Positions 52,501 to 64,000 of a stretch of DNA of 64,000 nucleotides are shown one piece after another. The DNA is from Azolla caroliniana. Taxonomy: Eukaryota > Plantae > Polypodiophyta. The notes beneath the pieces were generated by a model. That model did no database searches. It had not been told where the DNA came from and saw only the letters and a list, made by a program, of their open reading frames with translations. Where the stretch lies: the NCBI GenBank assembly GCA_043228905.1, contig JBHGNT010000002.1:3410001-3474000 (forward strand), in the 5' to 3' direction. The first letter of the stretch is position 1, and each line of letters opens with the position of its first letter. The position numbers and the translations under genes are program-made.

Positions 52501-54227
52501 TAATCAACTATGTTTGTGGGGATCACAAAAACATAATCACAAGAATCATTTCAAAAAATAAATAATTTGTGGTTGGCACGATGAGTTATCAATGTGATGT
52601 ATCTCCTTTTGATACTGAAAGACAATAAGGTGGGATAAAACTATACCCCTTGTTAATATGCCCCAAAATCAATTTCAAAAAGAGCTTAGGCCTTTGTATA
52701 TGTACATCGTCTACACTATTTTAACCCACCATATCATTAAGTTCATGGCAAATCCATTACACCAACAATATTCTTCTTCATAAAAAATAAATAATATTTC
52801 TAAATTCTAATATAGACATAGAGAATACCTTTTGATGCACTTGCATCCATGATAACAATATCTTCCTCAGGTAGTAAACTTAGTTTAGACCTTAAATTCA
52901 TCAATTTCTTTTTAATAGCAATAAGTCTCATATACAATAACAACATGGGTTCAAATATCTTGAAAGGTGAAATATGTATGTGGGGATCATGAGAACATAA
53001 TCACAAGAATCCTTTATTAAAAATGGGAAAAACTTTTGTGCTTGGCATGATGAGTTATTAATGTGACGAGATCGCTTTTTAATTTGATTTCAAAATTTCA
53101 CTCATGTCTAAATGCATAAAAAAAAGTCACCTTTAACGGTATCAATTAGGAGGATCCATGGTTGGACAAACTCTGACCACTTAAAATATTTCCTCCAAAA
53201 AACCACACCATTGGTGAACTTCACGCTAGGACATCTGAAATGGTGCTTCCAGGCCCCTCGTTTCCTCTACCGCCCCTGGCCAAAAAATCACCCATATTGA
53301 TTGCTTTAGATGATATCAATGTCTAACTGCGTTCAAAAGCTTGATAGCTATGTCTTGAGGCTTGTTGAAAAAATAACAGGTTTTGTCAAACAAATTTGTT
53401 GTTATGTGGACAACGATTGCCCCACTTGTATATATATGAAGGCCACCTATAATTAGTCGAGTATCTATAGATACTTAGAGTGTACATAGACTGATTTTTA
53501 TCTATGACTCACCTAACTAATGGGAAGCAGTTTTCTCTCGAAAAATAAAAAATAAAAAATCTTTCCTCCAAATTTTCATTTGCTTGAATCTATGAATTCT
53601 GATAACTGGTTTTCAGCAAGTCAATTTGTGATAAGGTATTTTACAATATTAGGATTTTTCAACTCTTTGCCTTTTGATATTCATGACTCATGAGCATCAA
53701 AGTTTGTATGACTAATGTTACTGGATCGATAGCTTAACATTCCATTGTTTGTGATCGCAATAATAAAGTTTAGTCATTCTGGAGAGTGCATTATTAGAAA
53801 TATAATATATTTTACGCAATATTTGCACTACTACTATTACTCATGATAATTGGACCTACCTAGTACCTCACTATTGTCTCATATTAGAGTTGCTTACAAT
53901 TTACAAACAAACGTTGGATATGTTTTTGCCATGCTTATATATGGATCAATACATATGTAGGTCACCAACTCAAGTGGGATTTGGTAATGGAGAACTCCAA
54001 AAAGTGAAGGATGTCCAAATTTCTAGTCTATACATTGTCAACTATGAGGAAAGTAACATGGTCTCTCTACAAATACCATATAACTTAGAGAAAATCTAAA
54101 AAGTAGGGTTGACATCAACATTATTCTTAAGATATATGTGGTTCTTTTCAATCCTAAAGAAAGGTCAAAGAAGTCACCCACAAACCACAACTACAACTAG
54201 CTCTACATAATAGTGTCCCATGCAATA

Positions 54228-55105
54228 TTTTTTTTTCTTTTTTTTTCCAGTAAAACTTTTTCCATTAGTTATAATATTTTATTGATGAGAATGTTATATA
54301 CAAATCCCAGTAGGGAAGTGGTAGTTCCATCTTATGTGGAGGCCCATTAACTCAAGAAAGGGAGAGGACGACCATTGTTGGATGAAGGCTAATCGCTTTC
54401 TTTCAATTCCATTGGACCCGCACGTGAGGCCATCATATTAGCTCTTTAGAGTGGCGACAACTTCACTCAATATCTCCTGCAATAATATTGCTTGATGAAT
54501 GGTTTGATTGGAGAAGACCCATCTACATCGTTGTTTCCAGAGAATCCAAAGAGTTATTGGGTTAATCAATTCCAACACAACTTGAGCTTTGACATTAATA
54601 GGAGTTTAGTGGATATTGTCAATGGTGGAAAACAATATCTCTTGTGCTTTGATCACCAATGTCATCCCCTCTTCTTAATGTTCGTACTTGCCAACTAGGG
54701 CCTGCCATGATAAACAACATACATTCCCCACTAAATTGTCCCTTACACCTAACATAATTGCAATAGGTGGCCAACCCCCCGTCATATTCGATGGGTCTTT
54801 GGGCAGTCCCACATAGCATGTCGGATTGACTCTATTGCATTTGGGCACACTACACAATTAGGATAACTAAGGATCTCAAGTTGCCATGCTCCACGCTCTT
54901 GATGTTCATACTTGCCAAGATAACCAACATACATTCCCCCACTTGATTGTCCCTTGAGCCTGGCATAATTGCAATAGGCGGCCAACCCCCCGCTATATTT
55001 GATGGGTCATTGGGCAGTTCCACTGAGCTTGTTGGATTGAGTCTGTTGCATTTGGGCACACTACACAATTCGGATAGCTAAGGATCTCAAGTTTCCACGC
55101 TCCAA
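54228..55105 (-). mobile_element. LINE 3' fragment, family A, with the zinc-finger segment duplicated in tandem
   Basis: 54240-54490 matches the 3' end of the 13870-17037 element. CVVCPNAIESIRHAMWDC knuckle. ~54680-54893 is repeated at ~54904-55103. Confidence 0.8.
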
Positions 55106-55899
55106 TCGGTAGTGACCTATGTATTAATAGCCATGGAATGTGGTAATTCACCTAGGTGTTGTTATTTCCCTATTTTCACCCAAAACTTGGTATTAATTGT
55201 ATGGGGAACATGATATGTGTGCCATATCTTTGCAACAATTGGCTCTTGGGCGGTTTGAGAGACCCATGCAATATTTCAAGTAAATCAATTGAAGAACTAC
55301 TTAAATAGGAAATGCTAAATGATATAGTTCTTACTATTGTTTTTTACGCATGCCAATGTGCATGTCGTGATACGCATAAGAAAAGGAAACATCAAAGTGT
55401 CCAATCTAAGGTACTAGTAAAACAAAAAGGGTAGGTCATGAGCATGTCAATATGGGTGAACGTAAAATTTGTAGCTAATATAGTGTCATGGCATTGGCTG
55501 CAAGAAGGTGCTCCACCATAGTGTTTGGAAGGATGTGGCTTGAGCCAGGTCGTGTACAAGGAAATGGAATAAATGTGTAGCCTAATAAAGACAAACAATG
55601 AGATTGATGCATCTATGACACATACTACGAATGGGTGCAACGAAATATGACTTTGTATTGTATTGTATGAGTGTTAACTTTGTTATTTATAGGTGTGTAT
55701 TATTTGTGTGATGATCCAACACTCTAATGTTTAGCTTAAATATTAAATTAGTATACCATGTCACTAGAGATCAATCAACATTGTGATCTTCTCGTACACA
55801 GTATCCATATTTTAAACAAACAAAGCCACTTACCATAGAAAAACACAAACAAAGCCACTTATCATAAACAACACACACACACAAACGACGAGGCCCTTT

Positions 55900-56412
55900 A
55901 ACATTGAGCCTTGCCTGTTGGCACGCGATTGTGTAAGATGGGCATATCCTCTAGCTATGTTTGCAGTCATTTACAAGTTGAAACTCAGAAACATTGTCTA
56001 TGGGATTGCATTTAGTCTCAACAAATATTCTAAGGAGTCTCAACTGATGTAGCAACGCCTCCTTAAAATATTTGTTAACTACTTTCCCCCATATGTATTC
56101 ACATAGGGCATGGTGGTTTGGACATCGCTTGTCCGCTCTACTTTCCATTACAACACCAAATCTCTGGACCATGGTTTTTACACCAAAATTGGAAGTGTTT
56201 GTGCACTTCCATTAGTGTCTATGTAGTTTTTAGGGATAAGGAAGAAGATCTAACCATTATGGGAGATGCGGAGTAGTACTAATGCGGAGAATGGTACTCC
56301 TTTCAAGCACTTCCAACCACCAAAATGGTTGTTTCCTCTGCGGCGGATCACATAGGAATCAAAACCTTGTAAATTGTTTTGAACTAATGAAACGATATCT
56401 TTTTGGGAAAAG
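55900..56412 (+). mobile_element. LINE 3' fragment, family B
   Basis: Colinear with 24720-25400 (AAACATTGTCTATGGGA, GTGGTTTGGACATCGCTTGTCCG, CCAAAATGGTTGTTTCC). Confidence 0.8.
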
Positions 56413-56445
56413 AAGGCCCCTTAAGAAATCCTTCACTTTGGAATA

Positions 56446-56895
<450 letters not shown>

Positions 56896-57049
56896 CTACA
56901 TATGTACATGTGTATGCTATGTATGTAGGTAGTGTCACATAGCATATTAAAACACATTTATATATAAAGAGAGCTCTCTCCCAAAGGATCCTCCACAATA
57001 TCTGCTATTTCCAGTTTCCTTCATTTGCTTTTCTGGCTTTCCCAACCCA

Positions 57050-57526
57050 AATCTTTTTCTTCTTCTTCCTCTTCTCTCTCTCTCTCTCTCTCTCTAATAT
57101 CTTTCTCATAAAATCCATCACCTTCTCTCTCTTCCCCTGTTCCTCCTCTATCCACACACACACACACACACACTGTCTCTCTCTTCCCCTGTTCCTCTCT
57201 CTCTAATATCTTCTCACAAAATCCATCACTTTCTCTCTCTTCCCCTGTTCCTCCTCCATCTCTCTCTCTCTACCCCTGCTCCCTCTACTCACTCTCACTC
57301 TTCCCCTGCTTCTCTCTCTCTCTCTCTCCACCCCTGCTCCCTCTTCTCACTCTCACTCTTCCCCTGCTTCTCTCTCTCTCTCTTCCCCTGTTCCTCTCTT
57401 TCTCTGTGAAAACATCCATAATGAGTAGCACCCACACATCCATCCATGTCTAGGCAGCACCACAATCTCTCTCTTCCCCTGTTTTCATGTTCTCTCTCTC
57501 TTCCCAGGGGGTCTTTCTCTCTCAAT

Positions 57527-57570
<44 letters not shown>

Positions 57571-57798
57571 CCTCCCCTGTTCTCTCTTCCTGGTCTTTCT
57601 CTTTCCCCTCTTTCTAGCTCAAGCTCCTAGTCAGTCACAGTCTCTCTCAATATCCCTCCATCTTCATTCCCTCTCTACTCAGTCTCTCTCTCTCTCTCTC
57701 TCTCTCTAATCTTTTCTCCACATGCACCACCTCCACCGTATCCATCAAAATCCACACCATTTGTTTCTCGAAGTCCAATGCACACACAGACACAGACA

Positions 57799-57838
<40 letters not shown>

Positions 57839-58185
57839 ATATTCTCTCTCTCTCTCTCTCTCTCAAGTTGGGCGATTTCAGTGCTATCTCCATATCTCTC
57901 TCTCCATGCGTGCCTTGTCTTGCCTTGCCTTCTTCACGCCTAAAAATTTAAATTAAAAAAAAGAAAAGTAATTAGTTTTTAGTTATTAATTTCCCATCCC
58001 TCCTTCTAATTCCTGCTCCCATCCATCCATCCATCCATCCATGACAGAGTGACCATTCATTCATTCTCTTCTCATTCACTCTCTCTCTAGTCTCTCTTTA
58101 ATCTCTCTCTCTCTCTCTCTCTCGGATGGTTTACAGGGGATGATGGATGGATGGAAGGTATGTATGTATGTATGTATGTATGTGT
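57050..58185. repeat. CT-rich compound repeat region (promoter/5' leader of the histidine kinase)
   Basis: Many (CT)n runs and repeated CTCTTCCCCTG(T/C)T units, plus (CCAT)n and (TATG)n. Confidence 0.85.
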
Positions 58186-58560
58186 GTGCGCATTTAACTC
58201 TCTTCCACCATTCCCTCTGACATCCCAATTGCAGAGATTTTCTTTCGATTCTCACACAATTAGGGGTTAACTTGCTTAATTGCCTTGTTTTACCTCCGTA
58301 TTCAAACCTGATTTTCAATGCATAATTCCTGCTGCTACTACTACTACTACTACTATTATACCCACTATTACTAGCCATAATTGAACTATCTCTTCTTCAC
58401 TCCAACTTTAATCATCATGAATCATGATTATGTATGTATGTACAAATCATGAATAATCCTCTCTCCCCCTTTTAATCAAAGAGCAGAATAAAATTAGTTA
58501 GATGTACCAAGGCCAAGTCGCTAGTTAGCTTAATCTGGACCGCCAATCCATGGAAGCAAG

Positions 58561-61500
58561 ATGAAGCTCAACATAACAAGAGCTAGACTAACTGAGCAGG
58601 AAACAGAAGAAGTACTAGAAGAAGATGAAGAAGAAGAAGAAGAAGCGGAAGAAACCATTGCTCCTCTGTTATCAAATAGTGTAAAGTGGTGGGAATGCAA
58701 GCGTTTCAACAATCCAAGTTCTAACGAACTAATAATCAAGAAGCCTCTGTCTCCTCCTAAACCTAAACCTAAACCTAAACCTAAGTGGGGAGATTTCAAT
58801 ATGTTGTCATTGGTATGGCTTCTTGCCATTGCAGGATTGATAGTCGCTGCAATGGTTTACCATTTCTTCAGTAGGCAGCATTATAAGCAGTTTGAAGATG
58901 TGCTGGGCACGATGTGCGACGAACGGGCCAGGATGCTTCAGCATCAGTTTGCTGTCAGTATTAACCATGTCCATGCCCTAGCCCTCTTGGTCTCTACTTT
59001 CTACCTTGGAAATAATCATCCACCTGTCATTGATCAGGTAAACAATTCCTCTGCCTTTCTCTCATTAAAGCTAGCTAGGTCTATAGTTAGGGTTTCTAAT
59101 CAGGGATATTGCTTAGGTTTCTTGTTTCTCTCCAGGGTTACTGCATTCTATTAATGCACCAGGTTTCTAGTTGAATTCTCAATTATGGTTTGTTGTTAGG
59201 GTATGACCTAACTAGGTTCCCTGTGGAGTTTGGAGTTACAGTTTGATAGGGTTTCTGCATCTGAATCATGCGCAAGTTTATAGCTATATGTCCTGATTAA
59301 GGATACTAGCTACCAAGCCTTCTACTTGGTTCTCTCGAGAATCATCTAACTAGGTTTGCAAATAGGGTTTAATGAACGTCTGAATTTAGGTTTTTGCGTT
59401 GGATTTCTACTGGGGCTTTTAGCAAAGCCTATTGCTGGATTCAGGAACCCTAACAGTAAACCTTAATTTAAATCCTTCTTGAATCCCTGAGTATACACGG
59501 GCCTAAGCTTTTATTATTATTATCACTGTTAAGAATCAATGCATATCTCTTCAACTTCAGTAAACATTTGCTCATGTGTGTGTGTGTATATATACATATA
59601 TATGCATGCATCTTTAAACTGCAGGAAGCATTCGCTGAGTATACAGCAAGAACAGCATTCGAAAGGCCTCTAATGACTGGTGTAGCCTATGCTCACAAAG
59701 TGCTGCATGCTGACAGAGAGGAATTTGAAAGGAAGCAAGGCTGGACTATCAAGACAATGCACTCCAAAGAGACAAGTCCAGTCCATGAGGAGTATGCCCC
59801 TACTATATTTTCTCAAGAAACCATTGGATATCTGGTGTCACTTGACATGATGTCTGGAGAGGTTTGTTTCTTGATCAATCAGCATGTTATTAACAAGTTT
59901 TGGAAGATTTCTTGACATTCCTTCGTGTTTCCTTATGATGACCAACGTTAACATCTCACAATGTTAGGTCTTATTCTAAACCTCAATCCTATGGGAAATG
60001 ATTTAAACTTCTTGTAAACCTTTCAAAAATCGCTAAACCCTTGTATGTGATTATTTATGCAGGAGGATCATGACAACATTCTCCGAGCTCGAGCCTCTGG
60101 GAAAGGTGCTCTGACCAAGCCCTTTCGGCTTTTGAATTCCAATCATCTTGGCGTTGTTCTAACGTATGCAGTATACAAGAAAGATGTCTCACCTGATGCA
60201 TCGATTCAAGAACGAATAGAAGCTGCTGCCGGGTACATATGATTCTTGATTTCTCCTGACTTGGAATTCCAGAATTCCGAATTTGAAAGTATATGTGATG
60301 GCTGAAGATTTATAGCAAATGCGAAATGTATTTACAGATACTTGGGTGGAGCATTTGATGTAGAATCCCTTGTGGATAATCTTCTAAACCGTCTTGCAAA
60401 AAGCGAAGACATTATCGTTAATGTGTTCGATACCACAAATTATTCAGAGCCACTTGTTATGTATGGGCCGGAGGAACCTCAAGGTTCAACAATGGTGCAT
60501 ACAAGTTTGCTGGACTTTGGTGATCCATTCAGAAGGCATGAAATGCAATGTAGGCAAGTATTTATATCCTCCATTAACCCCTAATTTGATACACATTTAT
60601 GACAATAGGTATCAATGACCAGACCTAACTTCCCTAATGGTACATGTACTTGCTTTTGGTAAAAGTATGAAAACAAGGAGCTCATGGAAGAGTTAATATT
60701 GGTGTTTTTTTCCTTCTACAGGCTGGCAAGAGAAGTTCCATATCCAACACTTGCGATTGGGTTTGCAAGTGGCGTTGTGGCGTTTGTTGCATTGATCTGT
60801 GCAATGATATACAATGCACACATGCATGTCAAAAAGGTTGAAGAAGGATATCGGAAAATGGAGGAGTTGAAAGTGCAAGCAGAGGCAGCTGATATTGCGA
60901 AATCTCAGGTTTACTTCGACAGACTTAAAATGAATGTAACTATTGAATTTATATGTCTTTCTGATCTGGTTATGGTAAAATGTTATACTTGTTCTTAACA
61001 GTTTCTTGCGACCGTTTCTCATGAAATAAGGACACCAATGAATGGTGTGCTAGGTAGGAAGAAACATCTTATTAGATCCAAATTGCTTACAAGTTGTTCG
61101 TTAGAAAGAAATTGATCCTTAGAAAGCTGGTTGCAATTGATTGTTTGTGATTAGGAATGCTGCAAATGCTTTTAGATACAGAGCTAAATGCAGCTCAACA
61201 AGATTTTGCTCGAACTGCACAAGCTAGTGGGAAAGCTCTTGTTACTCTTATCAATGAAGTTCTCGACCAAGCTAAGATTGAATCGGGTAGAATTGAACTT
61301 GAGGCCGTGCCGTTCGATATAAGAGCAATTCTTGATGATGTGCTTTCTCTTTTCTCAGGCAAAACTAGGCGTGAAGGCATTGAGGTAGGTTTTGATTATA
61401 CATCATAATATTAACCCTGTCAAATCCATCCAACCTCTAAATTTAATTATCTATCTTAAATGGCTGTCCTTTTCTCAACTACAACATGCATTTAAACCAC

Positions 61501-63554
61501 ATTCTTGTCCATGTGAAGCTCGCTGCATTTGTCTCCGAAAGGGTGCCTTGTACTCTCATTGGAGATCCGGGCCGGATACGCCAAATTCTTGCAAATCTTG
61601 TCGGTAATTCTGTGAAGGTAATAAGCTGCTATTATTGAATGTTATATAGAAACCTTTGATAAGGGGTTTTTTCTGACAAAATGTTGCTCTATTTCCAGTT
61701 TACCGAGCGAGGCCACATATTTGTTTGTGTTCACTTGTCTGAGGATATTGAGTCTGTCCAGATAGAAAGTGAAGATTCATCAAAGGAAACAGTGTCGGAT
61801 TGTGCTTCTACCTCTACGTTAAGTGGCTACTCTGCTGCAAATAGGAGGAGTAGTTGGGATCTCTTTGAAATCTTACTTGCTCATGAAAGCTCGAAAGCCT
61901 TAATTCACGGTGAACTGCAATCCTCTGAAGTTAAGCTTTTCATTAGTGTTGAAGATACGGGGATAGGCATTCCTTCACAAGCACAAAAAAGGATATTTAA
62001 GCCTTTTATGCAGGTGGATAGCTCGACATCTCGGATGCATGGAGGTACAGGGATTGGGTTGAGCATAAGTAACTGCCTTGTGAACTTAATGGGTGGACAA
62101 ATGGGATTCGACAGCATTGAGAATGTTGGTTCAACCTTCACATTCACAATTGTCCTACGAAGTGGTCACCTTGCATTAACCTCAATAGATGAAAAGAGTA
62201 AAGTTTGCTCAAATGAAACTCTACCTATGAAGTTCAAAGGCATGAAAGCTCTGGTAGTTGATGGAAGGCCCCTAAGATCTGAAGTAACCAAACAACACTT
62301 GCAAAGACTAGGAATCCGAGTGAGAACGATAACGGATTCCAAACTTGCTGTCAATATGCTATGCAACAGAAGCAATCTGAGGTCTGCATTTGTTGTGTAT
62401 AGTAATTTGCATAGAATTGTTTCATAGATTCTACAGTTTGTTTGTGTTAGTTTTCTGCATAGGATTTTTTATGTAGTTGCTAAATCTGACGGTATGCGTT
62501 TACTTGATTTGATGTAGCTCAATTGGAGACTTTCACATGGTTCTTGTAGACAAAGATGCTTGGGGAGTTTCCACAGGGTTGAATTTCCCTCTTGTTGTGC
62601 AAGAAGAATCCGAGCAGAAGAAGCTCCGAATGGTGTTTCCGAGAAGAGGAAGGAGATATCCAAAGATGATTCTTATTGCGACCCACATGTCGAATGCCGA
62701 GATTGAGAGGGCGAAGATAGTTGGTTATGTAGACACTGTTATAATGAAGCCATTGCGAGCGAGTATGATGGGGGCATGTCTCGAGCAAATCCTACTCTTG
62801 GGTAGTAATGTCAAGACAGGTGGAGGTCTCGTTGAAAAAGCAACAAACTTGTGTCAGCTTTTGTCGGGGAGATTAATCCTGGTTGTCGATGATAATCGAA
62901 TAAACCGTCTTGTAGCTGCTGGAGCATTGAAAAAATATGGTGCTGATGTTGAGTGTGCCGAGAGCGGAAAAGATGCCATTACAAAGCTTCATCCACCGCA
63001 TGCATTTGATGCTTGCTTCATGGACATTCAAATGCCGGAAATGGATGGGTTAGTTAAATGTTTTCTGAACAGTAACTAAATCAATACATACAAAGTTTGC
63101 CCCACTTGCAACTACCCAAGAGGGGGGGGGGGGGGGGACACAAATCCTTTGTCATGTAGGACAATTCCCTATTTGTCTTATGTATGGACAAGTTTAACTA
63201 GTCTTGTTGATATGAATTAAAGCCTGTAAATGAATCTACTGATTAATTAAACACTTAGGTTTACTAAATTTGGTTTTTAGGTTCGAAGCAACCCAAAAGA
63301 TCCGAGAGATGGAAGCAATGGCCAATAGTAGTGCACCTGAACATGAAGGCTGTTCCATGATGGGCAATACAAAGAATAAGAAGAAATGGCATGTGCCCAT
63401 ACTTGCAATGACGGCCGATGTTATTCAAGCTACTTACGATGAGTGTGTAAGATGTAAAATGGATGGCTTTGTGTCGAAGCCTTTCGAAGAAGAACAACTC
63501 TATAATGCTGTGAGGCAAGTCTTGAAGCCGAGGGGTAATTCTGAGCTTCAGTGA
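58561..63554 (+). CDS. CHASE-domain hybrid histidine kinase (cytokinin receptor, CRE1/AHK4-like topology), 11 exons
   Basis: Exons ~58561-59037, 59625-59861, 60063-60232, 60338-60553, 60722-60908, 61002-61053, 61155-61384, 61519-61617, 61699-62381, 62518-63048, 63281-63554. Motifs: [44 protein letters not shown]-box [35 protein letters not shown], receiver [16 protein letters not shown] and KPF. One TM on each side of CHASE. Confidence 0.96.
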
Positions 63555-64000
63555 ATAAGACAACAAAAAGGAAGTTTTGTTCGGTATAAAAGTTCGTGGA
63601 AGGTCTTGAAAGTGCAGTTCCCTTTGAGAAATGTACAAATGTATGTAGACATTATTATATGCACTCCACGATCTCCTATGAATTTGTCTACTCTGATCGA
63701 GTGCACATGATATATTACAAAGTGTTTCTTGCTGGTATCATTAATGGACGCTATTCTGCCATTATTTTAACCTTATGGCCACGTCCGAGAATGATACCAT
63801 CGATATTTCCCTATTAAGGAAAAAAGCTTTCTCATATCTGAGCATTCATTCAATACCAAAGTACCTGAAGTTGTGTGTCAGAGAGACACTGTGGTCCTCA
63901 TGAGTAGCAGTAGTAGCTGAGAACCATGATATATCTGATTTGTAAAGTTGTCCATTTCTTGACATTCTTACTGCAGCAAATACATATCTAATTTTGAGCA

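Overview
Eukaryotic land-plant nuclear DNA: AT-rich, with short GT-AG introns and many microsatellites. The divergence from angiosperm homologues suggests a seed-free plant such as a fern, but that is inference. Four intact-looking host genes were reconstructed by hand: an 11-exon NDR/NDL (SF21-like) gene (852-5436 +), an 8-exon glycerophosphocholine acyltransferase GPC1 (28074-32095 +), an ATL-type TM/RING-H2 E3 ligase (37398-36057 -) and an 11-exon CHASE-domain hybrid histidine kinase, a CRE1/AHK4-like cytokinin receptor (58561-63554 +). The intergenic space holds degenerate L1-type LINEs and several 3' stubs, a partial LTR element next to a 100-N gap, a solo LTR with a 5-bp TSD, three hAT MITEs with perfect 8-bp TSDs, and tandem repeats. 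The most unusual items are three. (1) An orphan minus-strand locus: a 510-codon ORF whose Asn-Pro tracts are written in TTAGGG repeats, a chain of cryptic GT-AG exons downstream, and a hAT-like terminus just upstream. (2) A near-perfect ~150-nt hairpin separating two divergent coiled-coil ORFs inside the LTR element. (3) A GC-AG intron with a competing GT donor, plus an overlapping micro-uORF, in the cytokinin receptor. All coordinates were read by eye and no database searches were run.
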